NCBI GenBank assembly: GCA_019056785.1
Contig: DXJV01000021.1
Coordinates: 1-45,508 of the forward strand
Length of the DNA: 45,508 nucleotides
DNA from: Candidatus Heimdallarchaeota archaeon
GTDB lineage: Archaea > Asgardarchaeota > Heimdallarchaeia > JABLTI01
Direction of reading: 5' to 3'
Below, piece after piece: positions 18,515 to 28,783 of the stretch (position 1 is the first letter of the stretch; every line of letters starts with the position of its first letter). The notes below the pieces were generated by a model that was not told the origin of the DNA, searched no databases, and was given only the letters and a program-made list of their open reading frames with translations. The position numbers and the translations under genes are program-made.

Positions 18515-20751
18515 AATGCTTCCTCCAATTCTAATTGTGAAATTGCTATCTCTCGATATATGGGACATGTTTCCATAAGTTCGTCATGTGTTCCTTTTCC
18601 TACAATCTTGCCTTCATCAAGCACTAAAATCTGTTCAGCATTTTTAATCGTTGAAACTCGTTGTGATACCATAAATACTGTGCTTTCGCCTGTGCTCTCT
18701 TTGAGTGCCTTGCGAAGGGCGGCATCTGTTTTAAAATCAAGAGCAGAAACACAATCATCAAATACATAAATTGGCGCTCTTTTTACTAAGGCACGCGCAA
18801 TTGAAAGCCGTTGTTTCTGTCCTCCAGAAACATTCATCCCACCCTGAGCGATTTCCATATCAAATCTTTCAGGCTTCGAATAAACGAATTCTTTTGCTTG
18901 AGAAACTTCAATTGCTTGTTCTAATAACTGTTCATCAGCATTTTCGTTAGCAAAAAGAAGATTGCTTCTAATCGTCCCTGAAAAGAGTGCGCTTTTTTGG
19001 GGCACAAAGCCTATCTTCTCTCGAAGGGTTTGTTGGGTAACTTCTTTAATGTTTAAGTTGTCTATGAGAATTTCGCCACTTGTTGCTTCATAAAATCGTA
19101 GAATGAGTTTTGCTAATGTGGACTTTCCTGAGCCTGTAGCACCAATAATACCCGTGGTTTGTCCTGGTAATGCAGTAAAATTAATGTTATGTAAGACGTC
19201 GCTTTCTGCACCGGGGTAACGGAATGAAACATTTCGAAACTCGACTTTTCCTTTAAATGGCTCGACAAAAGTCTTTGGGTTTGGCGGGTCTTTTATTACT
19301 TCTTCCGTTTGCAGCACTTCATTAATTCTTCTAGCTGAGACCACCGCACGGGGTAAAAGGATGAACATCATGGTCATCAGCAGAAATGCGAAAACAATTT
19401 GCATAGAATATTGCATAAAGGCCATCATATCTCCTACTTGCATAAAACCATCTGCTACTTGATGTGAGCCAATCCAAATGATGCTTAGTGAAAGACCACT
19501 TAAAACAAACATCATAAATGGCATAAGAATAACAATTACGCGATTGATAAAGAGAGAAACACCCGTTAGATTCAGATTTGCTTGGTCAAAACGGTTTTCC
19601 TCATATTTCTCTCGGTTAAAGGCGCGAACAACCAACATTCCTGTTAGTCCTTCTCGGGCAACAAGATTTATCCGGTCAATTAATGATTGCATTTTATTGA
19701 ATTTTGGCACAGCAATTAGGAAAACTGTTAGCACAAGCACTAGTAATGCCAGTACTGCTACGCCAATAAGCCACCACATCGAGGTGTTTTTATTAAGTGC
19801 ATGAATGATGCCACCTATGCCGAGAATGGGTGCATAGAAGACCATACGAATGATCATGCTTGTAACAGCTTGGATCTGTGTGACATCATTGGTTGATCTT
19901 GTAATGAGTGATGCGGTGGAAAACGAATCAAATTCTGTCCCGGAAAAGCCCTCGATTTTTTCAAATAATCCTGCTCGAATGTCTCGCGCCATTCCCGCTG
20001 CAATTTTTGCTGATAAGAAGCCAACAGAAATGGTACAAACCACTGAGAGTAATGTCATCAAGAGCATTAGTCCACCGGCTTTTAGAATATAATTCCGTTG
20101 GAGTTTATTCATGTTCATGCCAATTGTTTCATATTCTTGTCGAACAGCAAAGGCCGCCATCTGACTGACCATATTCTTCCCCATCGCTTCAAAAGAAGAT
20201 ATAATGCCTTTCAGAATTAACTTGCGGTTAATGAAAGGCAGTGATTCAAGATAGTCAAATAGATCCATGCCTGGGGGAAGCGTAGAGGGGTCAACACCAA
20301 GTGCATCCCACAGAGCCGTGGCATTTTCCGGATTAGCTATTGCTTGTTCGAGAATAAATACACCAACAAAAGGTCGCTCGAGAATATCACTTACTGTTCT
20401 GATTTCTTTCCATTTTAGTTTGTTTCGAATATACAATGACTCATTCTGCAGTATGGGGTAGTCAATTACATACTCTGAAAAATCAGAAGAATTTTCCATT
20501 ACCAGAGTGTAACTTTCGAGAACAACTGTTTGGTTTGTCGAGCTAATGAAGATGAACAACCGATCCATTTCTTGCTGGCGGATTGCTAACGGGGCAGCAT
20601 TTTCAACACCACCTTGCTGTATGCCAGTATCAATAATATTCGAAAGATAGTCAGGCAACTGGAGGTCCAAATTCGCCTGAGCAAAGAGTAAGCCTACTGA
20701 AAGAAAAATCATGAAAAGATAAGGTTTAACATATTTTACTAATTTCTTCAC
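18511..20751 (-). CDS. Heterodimeric ABC exporter subunit (TM287-like; degenerate site) with a large extracytoplasmic insertion
   Basis: GATGSGKS, VSGGQ, Walker B VFDD (D for E), switch SQR (Q for H); about 170 aa insertion after TM1. Confidence 0.93.
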   Translation of the reverse strand: MKKLVKYVKPYLFMIFLSVGLLFAQANLDLQLPDYLSNIIDTGIQQGGVENAAPLAIRQQEMDRLFIFISSTNQTVVLESYTLVMENSSDFSEYVIDYPILQNESLYIRNKLKWKEIRTVSDILERPFVGVFILEQAIANPENATALWDALGVDPSTLPPGMDLFDYLESLPFINRKLILKGIISSFEAMGKNMVSQMAAFAVRQEYETIGMNMNKLQRNYILKAGGLMLLMTLLSVVCTISVGFLSAKIAAGMARDIRAGLFEKIEGFSGTEFDSFSTASLITRSTNDVTQIQAVTSMIIRMVFYAPILGIGGIIHALNKNTSMWWLIGVAVLALLVLVLTVFLIAVPKFNKMQSLIDRINLVAREGLTGMLVVRAFNREKYEENRFDQANLNLTGVSLFINRVIVILMPFMMFVLSGLSLSIIWIGSHQVADGFMQVGDMMAFMQYSMQIVFAFLLMTMMFILLPRAVVSARRINEVLQTEEVIKDPPNPKTFVEPFKGKVEFRNVSFRYPGAESDVLHNINFTALPGQTTGIIGATGSGKSTLAKLILRFYEATSGEILIDNLNIKEVTQQTLREKIGFVPQKSALFSGTIRSNLLFANENADEQLLEQAIEVSQAKEFVYSKPERFDMEIAQGGMNVSGGQKQRLSIARALVKRAPIYVFDDCVSALDFKTDAALRKALKESTGESTVFMVSQRVSTIKNAEQILVLDEGKIVGKGTHDELMETCPIYREIAISQLELEEAL

Positions 20752-20778
20752 TACAATTTACTCCTAAAATTTCTGCGA

Positions 20779-21327
20779 TTAATCATCCATACAACAGTCA
20801 TTAAATTGGAATTGCACATTATTTTCTTTGGCAAGCTTTTCAAGGGACTCAAGTGTCTTTTGAATGATCATTCCTGTCTTTTCAGGTTTTTTATGCAAAA
20901 GCAAAAAGGTAAGGCGAGAAATTCGCGCCATGTCTCTTAAAATCGCTTGAATTTGTAATTGTAAAGCTCGGGATTCTTCCAAATTCCCAACCTCACCAGC
21001 CATTTGAATAAATGACAAGAATTGAGAGAAATTCTTTAATATGCGATTTCGAATTGCTTCTTGATGTTCATTAAAAACATGTCTCCCTTCCTCTGTTATC
21101 GAGTAAATCTTTTGCACACGGCCGCTTTCAATTCGCTCTTCAGAAGAAACCAAACCAGCTTTTTCCATAGATTTTAAAGAGTTATAAATTGCTGTCTGAC
21201 TTGGCCTCCAGTTGAATTTTTCTTCAATTAATGCTGCTAAAGCATAGCCATGTTGTGGTCCTTTTAGGACTATCTGCATGAGGATCAGAGCGTCGAGTAT
21301 TTTTGTTGGTGAGAATAATGGCGACAT
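20779..21327 (-). CDS. padR: PadR-family transcriptional regulator, first gene of the ABC exporter operon
   Basis: PQHGYAL..IY.SLKSMEKAGLV..KIYSITEEG; 27 nt gap to the ABC gene. Confidence 0.88.
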   Translation of the reverse strand: MSPLFSPTKILDALILMQIVLKGPQHGYALAALIEEKFNWRPSQTAIYNSLKSMEKAGLVSSEERIESGRVQKIYSITEEGRHVFNEHQEAIRNRILKNFSQFLSFIQMAGEVGNLEESRALQLQIQAILRDMARISRLTFLLLHKKPEKTGMIIQKTLESLEKLAKENNVQFQFNDCCMDD

Positions 21328-21348
21328 GAGAAGAATGTCCCATAATTG

Positions 21349-21358
21349 TTATATAAAA
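21349..21358 (-). promoter_or_regulatory. Archaeal TATA box for a probably leaderless padR transcript
   Basis: Minus strand reads TTTTATATAA ending 21 nt before ATG 21327; no SD in between. Confidence 0.55.
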
Positions 21359-21559
21359 AATTTGTCATATCTCCCCTCGCACATATTAGTAAGTTGATTT
21401 TCTGTCAGCTGTTTTTCGATGCCCTTATTTTTTGCTTTTAAGGTGTTTTATGTTCGTGAGACGTTCTTACCAGAAAAAATTTCACATCATCTGATAACTC
21501 AAAAACTTTTTTTAAGTAATAAGAGAATCTTTTTTTTAATTCCATCCGGAGGATTCGGA

Positions 21560-22891
21560 ATGCCGCATAAAAGAAAAATTTCGTTGATAGGGATAATAGG
21601 GATTAGCTTAACGACGGTAATTGGGAGTGGTATTTGGAAAGATTCTCTTGTGTGGTCAAATAAAGTTGGGATTTTTAGTTTAGTAACAATTACTATTGGT
21701 TGGCTTTTAATTCTCACAGCAGGCCTTTCTTACGCAGAATGTGTAAGTATGTTTCCTAAAAGTGGTGGCCCCTATTCCTATGTTGGTGGTGTTTTCGGTA
21801 AGAAAGCCGGTTCAAGTGTTGGTATTCTCTATCTTCTTGGCTATCTCATAGGTAGTACTATACTGGCCTTTTTAGCCGCACTCTTTACTCTTTCAGCAAT
21901 AAACACTGCTTTATTAAACGCTCTAAATCTCACACTTCTAACCTTTGCTTATCTTTTATTATTTGTAATTCTTGCTGCTCTAAGCAGCCCGCGAATTTTT
22001 GGGATAATCTCATTTACCTGGGTTGTCATTAAAATTGTCTTGGTTGTAATTGTTTCGATTATTGCCCTCACTCATTGGTCTTATTCTCCTCCAGGAAGTA
22101 TAAGCTTTGTTAATTATCAATTGGCAATTAATGGTGGTCTTTGGTCGCTTATGGGTTTTGAACTTGTCCTCGTCTTTTCAGGTGATGTGGAGAATGTGGA
22201 GCAGAAAATGCCTAAAGGACTTTTGATAACACTGCCAATTATTTTAGTTTTGTACTTATTTGTGACGATTTCATTTGCCGGTTTAATATCGATCGGTGAG
22301 ATCCCAGTTGATGCTGATATTGTAAGTCTTATTTTTCTTCTCGCTTCAAAGTCCTCCATTCCCTCTTGGATTGTTTTTGCTTTTGCAGCGTTCTCTGCGG
22401 CAGGGACAGGCTATGCAATACTTACAATGGTGCTTAAACAAGTGAAGGTTTTAACAGAGGATGATGTTCTCCCTTCCATCTTTAAAAAAAAGCTAGCAGG
22501 CATAAATGTATTTAGTAGTCTTTTTATTCTTCTTGGAACTTTTATTGTTGCAACAGTAATGGTGGGAACAGTTGATGTTTGGGAGAATTCCATAGTATCT
22601 TTTATTGCTGTAGGTTTGGGGTTAATTTTAATTTCTGCGATGTTTCCGGCAGGCTTAATTGCGCTCTATTTGCGGATAAAATTGCCGGCATTGAAACGAC
22701 CATTCAAAACTCCTCTCGCGGTTATTATCTTCCCTTTGGCAATACTTCTAAGTCTTTATCTTCTTGTTTTGAATTTTTGGGAAATAAGGAAGCTGTGGCC
22801 AGGACTAGTAATTCTTATTACTTTTCTAATTGTAATTCCACTTTTGGTGTTCCTCTTCCAAAAAGACGATACAGAATTGCCGACAAATTAA
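21560..22891 (+). CDS. APC-superfamily amino acid/polyamine permease
   Basis: TM1 IGSGI, YAE..SMFPKSGGPYSY, GFE in TM6, RPFKTP; about 12 TM. Start re-assigned to ATG 21560 (GGAGG at 21548-21552). Confidence 0.9.
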   Translation: MPHKRKISLIGIIGISLTTVIGSGIWKDSLVWSNKVGIFSLVTITIGWLLILTAGLSYAECVSMFPKSGGPYSYVGGVFGKKAGSSVGILYLLGYLIGSTILAFLAALFTLSAINTALLNALNLTLLTFAYLLLFVILAALSSPRIFGIISFTWVVIKIVLVVIVSIIALTHWSYSPPGSISFVNYQLAINGGLWSLMGFELVLVFSGDVENVEQKMPKGLLITLPIILVLYLFVTISFAGLISIGEIPVDADIVSLIFLLASKSSIPSWIVFAFAAFSAAGTGYAILTMVLKQVKVLTEDDVLPSIFKKKLAGINVFSSLFILLGTFIVATVMVGTVDVWENSIVSFIAVGLGLILISAMFPAGLIALYLRIKLPALKRPFKTPLAVIIFPLAILLSLYLLVLNFWEIRKLWPGLVILITFLIVIPLLVFLFQKDDTELPTN

Positions 22892-22968
22892 CTCCTAAAT
22901 TTTTTTTCACTAAAAACATTTTAAAACTAAAGAAACAGTTTATTCTTTGTAAATTGGTGAACTGCTGA

Positions 22969-23637
22969 ATGGCTGATTTAGTTATAAAATGTATATGTGG
23001 TGAAACATTTACATATAGTATTAATTTAGCCCCTTTTATAGAAGAATTTGAAACAGCAGGAGAAATACCATTAATAATCCCCCACAAAGACCACTTCGTA
23101 ACTGCTTATATCGACCGGCAATTCAAAATCAAAAGCGTCGAACGCATAATTATGGTCGATAAGCATCAGCGTTCAACCATTGTTTCCTCAGAAACTATTT
23201 CGGAAAACGAAATTAAACGAATAATCGATAATGTAAAACAGGAAATAAATCTCCACAAGGATTATCTCGGATTTGCGCAGAAGATCCTCGACATAATTCA
23301 AGAACCAGAAGCACTTTTTATCGCCGGCAGACAAATGGGTTATGAAATGTGGCGAGAGATGAGAAAGTCCATATTAAAACTCGGAGCAACTTATCAACCG
23401 AAAATCAATTTGATTCTAAAGACTGAATTAAAGCCTATTTTAGATAAAACCGGCAAAACCAGACTCGAGAAAGACAATCAGTTAGAAGTGGATCAAGTAA
23501 TCGCCCCACAACTTGTAGTCGGGCTTGCACAAGGAATATTATTAGCCATTGGAGAAACGGCTGAAGAAAAAATGGACATTAAAATTGAATATACCATTGA
23601 AGGAAACAAAGTAGATCTGATATTGAAGAATGAATAA
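22969..23637 (+). CDS. N-terminal CxC/HxxH metal-binding module fused to a V4R/Bet3(TRAPP)-like domain
   Basis: KCICG..IPHKDHFVTAYID..; C-terminal PEALFIAGRQMG and GLAQGIL helices typical of the V4R/HNOB/Bet3 fold. Confidence 0.55.
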   Translation: MADLVIKCICGETFTYSINLAPFIEEFETAGEIPLIIPHKDHFVTAYIDRQFKIKSVERIIMVDKHQRSTIVSSETISENEIKRIIDNVKQEINLHKDYLGFAQKILDIIQEPEALFIAGRQMGYEMWREMRKSILKLGATYQPKINLILKTELKPILDKTGKTRLEKDNQLEVDQVIAPQLVVGLAQGILLAIGETAEEKMDIKIEYTIEGNKVDLILKNE

Positions 23638-23836
23638 GCCATCTGAAAGTATTTATCGTTTTTTTTTAGTATTTAAGGGGTGTTCTCCATTCAAGACTTT
23701 GTGGTATAACAATAGACACCGGTTAGAATTTATGTTCCTCCTCCTGGGTAAAATCCATTGTAAATAATAACTGGTTGGTTGTTTCGTACAATTTACTACC
23801 TTGGCAGTGATTTTTTCCTAACTCTCTTTGGCAAGT

Positions 23837-24697
23837 TTATTGTATGAGAAAGCGCCTTGTTTTTTTGAGAAGCATTTTGAGTTCTTCAGTACCCTCATAA
23901 CTCCGGAAGAAACTATCCAAATTTATTTTCTTCTTCTGCTTGTGCTTGTATTTCTCTGTTAATTCTTGTAAGCCAACAATTGCTGTTTCTATTGTCTTAT
24001 GAAGTTTGACTAATAAAAATGAGAACCGTATTAACTCTAAATGTTTTTGAATTCTCTTACCAATGTTGTCACATTCAGTAAAAATAACAGGTATTTCATA
24101 GAAAAGGGTATTTGGCATTAAGCGCTCTGAGAGAAACAAAGTGACATTAAGGGCTTCTTGCAGATCAGTAATAAGAGGATTGACGACTTTGTTTCCGGAT
24201 AAAGCTACTCCTTGGTTTTCAAATAACTTTAACATTTGATAAAGGCTCTCCACTAAGCCCAAAAAATTTTTCTCGTTAAAGTAATAGAAATAGCTAAAAG
24301 TAAAATCACTTTCATCAATAGTTTCGCTTCGACCAATTAAGGCATAGCTTACATAGTCTTGAATATATTTGCAGGGTTGAACTAAATTTTGTAATAATCT
24401 ACTAATATCCATTAAGAGGTTAAAAGTAACATTAAATGAAGTAAGGCCGGGAAGAACCTCATAGAGATTCTTCTGCAATAACTTCAATTCTTCAATAATT
24501 GGATAGAGGTTCTCAACTAGTATTTTATTGTATGAAATTAATTTTTGAATTTCTTCTAAAATCTCGATGCATTCTTGTGACTCTTTTTTAATTACTGCCG
24601 TTTGATCGAAAACAGGCAAATAAAGTTTGGATACAAGTCCTTGATGTTCTTTTAGGTATTTCAAGGATTCAGAATAAAACTGGAAGTTCATAGACAA
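23837..24697 (-). CDS. Hypothetical all-alpha (helical bundle or coiled-coil) protein
   Basis: 286 aa open frame, L/E/K/I-rich amphipathic helices, no motif recognised. Confidence 0.65.
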   Translation of the reverse strand: MSMNFQFYSESLKYLKEHQGLVSKLYLPVFDQTAVIKKESQECIEILEEIQKLISYNKILVENLYPIIEELKLLQKNLYEVLPGLTSFNVTFNLLMDISRLLQNLVQPCKYIQDYVSYALIGRSETIDESDFTFSYFYYFNEKNFLGLVESLYQMLKLFENQGVALSGNKVVNPLITDLQEALNVTLFLSERLMPNTLFYEIPVIFTECDNIGKRIQKHLELIRFSFLLVKLHKTIETAIVGLQELTEKYKHKQKKKINLDSFFRSYEGTEELKMLLKKTRRFLIQ

Positions 24698-25252
24698 TTC
24701 ATATTCTCTCTTTCAAATGGTCTTTTTCAATTATTTTTCAGGAATTGGATCTAAACCAATTTAAAATGTCTCAACCGTATTTAAATACATACTGATTCTT
24801 AACTGATTTTTACAAAGAAAACTGGTGTTTCCTAAGCCAATGAGAGTTTTATTCACTAGGGTAATATACACAAATAATAGTTATGCTAGAAAAACTATTT
24901 GATAAGAGCTTTCCTGATAGCAACTACTCATTTCTCTTTTCAAATTATGTAGAGTTAAATTAATATCTCTCAAGTTCAAGCACCACCTGAATGTTAAAGC
25001 ATTTGATGATTTTGGGTTTTAGACGCTTGGCTATAGAATCTTGTAGAAAAAGTTTCAACATTCAAAAGAATTCATTTTGTCTCCCTCTTTTTCCTTCTTT
25101 AATCCGGTTTCCAAAACTTCTATAAAGTTTACAATTCAGTAAAGTAGTTCGCTACTCTTTTTAACTTAAATGAGTAAAATTAAAATATTTATATTTTATA
25201 AAATCATACCATCCAGAATAACTCTGGGAGAACTTATTCGAGAGTTTTATTT

Positions 25253-25804
25253 ATGGCCATTGAAAAGGAAAAAGTAACTATTAGTTATCAGCAGACAATT
25301 GAAGATGCAAGAAAAGCGATCTTGGAAATAGGTAAAAGAAGAATACGGGCTTTTTTAATACTTCTTATTTCAATTTTTATTTTCTTTGAAGCCTTTTACA
25401 TCTGGTATGGCTTCTCCTTTGGCTTTTCCACTTATACTTATTTCTTATTGATTTTTTTCCCCCTCTTTCTTATCACAATGTTCCTTCTTCCAAGGATTAT
25501 TGCTCGAAAACCTCCCTTTTCACAGCTTCATCCTTTAAACAATCAATTTGCTATTAGTGAAAAAGGCATCGAAGCAAAAATTGGCTTTAATACCTTCCAC
25601 CTTCTTTGGAGTCATATTAAGAAAGTACAAGAGAGCTCTTCATTTTATTATTTCATCTTACCATTGAATATTACTATCCCGTTGCCAAAGCAACACTTAG
25701 CTCTTGAACAAGAACGGATCATTCGAAAGTTATTGGAACAAAACTTGGAGAAAAAAAATCTCCGCCTTAGAAAGCGAACAATGAAAGAGAAAGAGGCGCA
25801 ATGA
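25253..25804 (+). CDS. YcxB-family membrane protein
   Basis: Two TM followed by ISEKGI..LLWSHIKKVQE..YYF..IPLPK. Confidence 0.75.
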   Translation: MAIEKEKVTISYQQTIEDARKAILEIGKRRIRAFLILLISIFIFFEAFYIWYGFSFGFSTYTYFLLIFFPLFLITMFLLPRIIARKPPFSQLHPLNNQFAISEKGIEAKIGFNTFHLLWSHIKKVQESSSFYYFILPLNITIPLPKQHLALEQERIIRKLLEQNLEKKNLRLRKRTMKEKEAQ

Positions 25805-25807
25805 AAA

Positions 25808-26383
25808 ATGTCGGAAGAAGAGAAAAGCAAACTTAACTTTGAGTATGTTTATTGTTGGGATGATCTTAAAAAAGAGACTTCTATACTAACCAAATATATG
25901 CCTGTTCTTGGATCTTTACTCTTTATGTTTCTAATACCTATAGTAGTTGATTTAATACTCCTAATTATCGCCTTGCTCTTTGATTTTACATGGGAAATTA
26001 AAATGGCTATGATTGTATTTCCTGTTGCTTTTATTTTTGTTGCACTCTTGGCGATAGCAATATTTCCATTAGCATTGAAATACACTTGGAAAGAGGTACA
26101 AAAGCTTCCTCTCGAACGACAGTGGACTTTTACCCAACATGGTATTTATATTAACCAAACCTATCTGGAAACAAACATTCCATGGGAATTAATTTCAAAC
26201 ATCCAAGAAACTAAGTGGTTTATACTGTTTAATTTTAGTGACAAAAGATTTTTCAACATGGCATTCCAAATCTTCCCAAAGCGAGTCTTATCATCTGAAC
26301 AGCGAAAGCAACTATTTAAGCTTTTTATTGAATGGTTGGGTTCTGAAAAAGTAAAACTGAAAACACCGCTTGAGCAAGTTTGA
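25808..26383 (+). CDS. YcxB-family membrane protein (tandem paralogue)
   Basis: Two TM followed by FTQHGI..IPWELISNIQETK..IFPKR; 3 nt after the previous stop. Confidence 0.75.
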   Translation: MSEEEKSKLNFEYVYCWDDLKKETSILTKYMPVLGSLLFMFLIPIVVDLILLIIALLFDFTWEIKMAMIVFPVAFIFVALLAIAIFPLALKYTWKEVQKLPLERQWTFTQHGIYINQTYLETNIPWELISNIQETKWFILFNFSDKRFFNMAFQIFPKRVLSSEQRKQLFKLFIEWLGSEKVKLKTPLEQV

Positions 26384-26410
26384 TGTTTTACTCTCGAATT
26401 TATTTTCTTT

Positions 26411-26429
26411 GGGGGTTCCCCTTTTTTTT
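26411..26429 (+). terminator. G/C inverted repeat plus T8 after the ycxB pair
   Basis: GGGGGTTCCCC followed by TTTTTTTT, 28 nt after the stop. Confidence 0.55.
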
Positions 26430-26608
26430 CAATCTTCTCAAGAGTAAGAATTATCATTTATTTTGAAGCTCCATTTGTAAAACCAAAGCCAGAAAAGATT
26501 TTGCTTTTAGAGAAAGTGGTCGTTCGTTTTCATTTGAAATCCCAGAACGACTTCAACTGTTTATTATGGAATACACTTTTGCTTAACAGCTACAAAAAAT
26601 ATAAATGA

Positions 26609-27448
26609 ATGGAAAATAATGTCTCCCCCATGCCGAAAGAAAAAAATTACCATGTGAGGAAATTTTCGACTAATCGACTCATTCTTGCTGATTATAATAA
26701 TGTAGCCGCCACCTTTTACCGGGTGAGTGGCCTTATAGAAATAGACATTACTGCTGCATTGGCAAGAATGGAGGAAATTAAACAAAAAGAAAATTACAAA
26801 GTTTCGATGACCGCTTGGGTAGCTAAATGTCTTGCTCAGGCTGTGATTGAGAACAAACATCTCAACTCCTATCGAAAAGGACGCAAAATCATTGTCTTTG
26901 ACGACGTTGATATTAGTGTTGTGGTAGAAATCACAACAAAAAGCGGGAAAAAAGTGCCTTTCAACCATGTCATTCGTAAGGTAGAAACAAAAAGTGTCAA
27001 AGAAATAACAGACGAGATTCGAGCGGTTCAACAGCGAAAGATCGACGAATTAGAACAACTCACTCGAGACAATAGCACAAAATATATGTGGTTCTACCCT
27101 CTTCTCCCACGCTTTTTCAGGCGTTTTGTTATCCGGAGAATGCTGAAGAATCCCTTCCGGTTGAAAAAATTGATTGGCACCGTAGGAATAACTTCTCTCG
27201 GAATGTTTGTCAAAGGGCAAGGCGGTTGGGCAGTTCCTTTTGCTGATAAAACATTAAATGTTGCTCTTGGAGGCATTCGCGAACAAGCAATTCTTCGAGA
27301 TGGGAAAGCTGTAGAACAAAAATTGCTTTGTGTTACTTTTCTCGTTGATCATGACATAGTTGATGGTGCCCCTGCTGCAAGATTTATTGCTCGACTTTCG
27401 AAACTAATGACTGGGGCAGCATATCTGAAAGACCTTACTGAGAAGTAG
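26609..27448 (+). CDS. Stand-alone 2-oxoacid dehydrogenase E2-type (CAT-fold) acyltransferase catalytic domain
   Basis: EIDIT, GTVGITSLG, DHDIVDGAPAARF (HxxxDG); no lipoyl or E3-binding domain. Confidence 0.85.
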   Translation: MENNVSPMPKEKNYHVRKFSTNRLILADYNNVAATFYRVSGLIEIDITAALARMEEIKQKENYKVSMTAWVAKCLAQAVIENKHLNSYRKGRKIIVFDDVDISVVVEITTKSGKKVPFNHVIRKVETKSVKEITDEIRAVQQRKIDELEQLTRDNSTKYMWFYPLLPRFFRRFVIRRMLKNPFRLKKLIGTVGITSLGMFVKGQGGWAVPFADKTLNVALGGIREQAILRDGKAVEQKLLCVTFLVDHDIVDGAPAARFIARLSKLMTGAAYLKDLTEK

Positions 27449-27628
27449 TATAGATTTGAAATTAATTCAAGCTCGGAAGATTTCCTCTCAATTCCTATCG
27501 ATTCCTTACAATCCGATTAACCAATAGCACTTTCTATACTTAGGTTAGAGTAATCGATAAAAAAAGATGGGGGCTATTTTAAAAAAATGAGCCGCCAACA
27601 AAGACGGCTTAATCATTAGTTGAAAGAT

Positions 27629-28783
27629 TCATTTCTCGTTTATTTCTCCTTTCTCTAGGATTAAGAATGGAAAATTCTCTTCGATTAGCGAGTAGGCTTC
27701 TTTAAAATTGCTCTTCAAGACCACCGGTTTGGATAACTCTTCTTTGTAAGTTTTTTCTATTGCTTTCCGCAAGTTTCTCAAAGAACGAACTAAAAAGAAA
27801 GTCGGGCGTTCGCAGAGAACAGCACATGTTGCTAAGGGACCTGAGTCAAGTACAATTGTTCGATCCTCAGAAACAATTCTTTGCAGGGGTTTTTTGCTTC
27901 CCAGAGACTCACTTAAGAGGTTGGAAATAGCGGTAATAAGCGAGCTTAACAAAGTCTCATTTACAATTGCTGTTTCTTCGTTAATTCTTCCCTTTGTTGG
28001 ATTCTTGGTTCGTATATTAAGAACATTCAAACCAATATAGTTAAATGCCATGATGAAATAGACATTTACTGGCAAGCGATAAATAAAATCAATTCGGATG
28101 ATATAAATAATAATGAAAATTAGCATTCCAACAATTTTTACCATATCGCCATATTCTAGGAAACCATCTGCTTTTACAAGATCGCCTCCTATATAGCCAA
28201 CAAGAAAACCTGCAGCAATAATTATGAGTGAAATGGCTTGGGAAAGAACAATGCTTTCATGATTTGATCTATAGGATCGAAGATGAACATATGCTCCTAC
28301 AAAAAAGATGAAAACACCCAGAGCATTATAAGATAAATCTGAAAGATTAGTTAAGGAACTTGAAAAAGCCTCAAATAATTCTTTGGCTGGAGGAGGAATT
28401 GTGCTTCCAATTTCAGAGGGGAAATAAAGGACTAATTGATTAAAAATAATTGCAGTAAAGAATAATACTGTGGCAATCACAAGCCGAACTCGTTGTGGGC
28501 GTGCTTGATCTAGCTCCTCAAAAAAGATATAGATGAGAAAGTAAACTATACTCCAAATAATGAGTGAGTAATAAAGGTAATATTGTGCTCCAACAGAAAC
28601 AACATTTTGCAGGACACTCAAAATACCGCCAATACCACCAACGAATAAACTTATTGTCAGAACATATGCTTTGCGTGCTTTTCGTAATGATTGATAAAGC
28701 ATAAGACCAAAGAGAAGAAAGAATAAACCTGTAATAATTCCTGAAATGATTGTTCCAATATCTGCCATAAACATAAACACCAA
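27629..28783 (-). CDS. Seven-TM membrane protein with a C-terminal longin-like cytoplasmic domain
   Basis: Seven hydrophobic segments in aa 8-230, then VYFIMAFNYIGLNV..ETLLSSLITAISNLLSE..LQRI..TIVLD..CAVLC..LRNLRKAIE..F..LIEENF (beta-beta-alpha-beta-beta-beta-alpha-alpha). Confidence 0.65.
   Translation of the reverse strand: MVFMFMADIGTIISGIITGLFFLLFGLMLYQSLRKARKAYVLTISLFVGGIGGILSVLQNVVSVGAQYYLYYSLIIWSIVYFLIYIFFEELDQARPQRVRLVIATVLFFTAIIFNQLVLYFPSEIGSTIPPPAKELFEAFSSSLTNLSDLSYNALGVFIFFVGAYVHLRSYRSNHESIVLSQAISLIIIAAGFLVGYIGGDLVKADGFLEYGDMVKIVGMLIFIIIYIIRIDFIYRLPVNVYFIMAFNYIGLNVLNIRTKNPTKGRINEETAIVNETLLSSLITAISNLLSESLGSKKPLQRIVSEDRTIVLDSGPLATCAVLCERPTFFLVRSLRNLRKAIEKTYKEELSKPVVLKSNFKEAYSLIEENFPFLILEKGEINEK

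Noticed and set aside
24700-25250. 550-nt gap between divergent genes that might hide a remnant
   Set aside because: No interpretable translation or repeat found.
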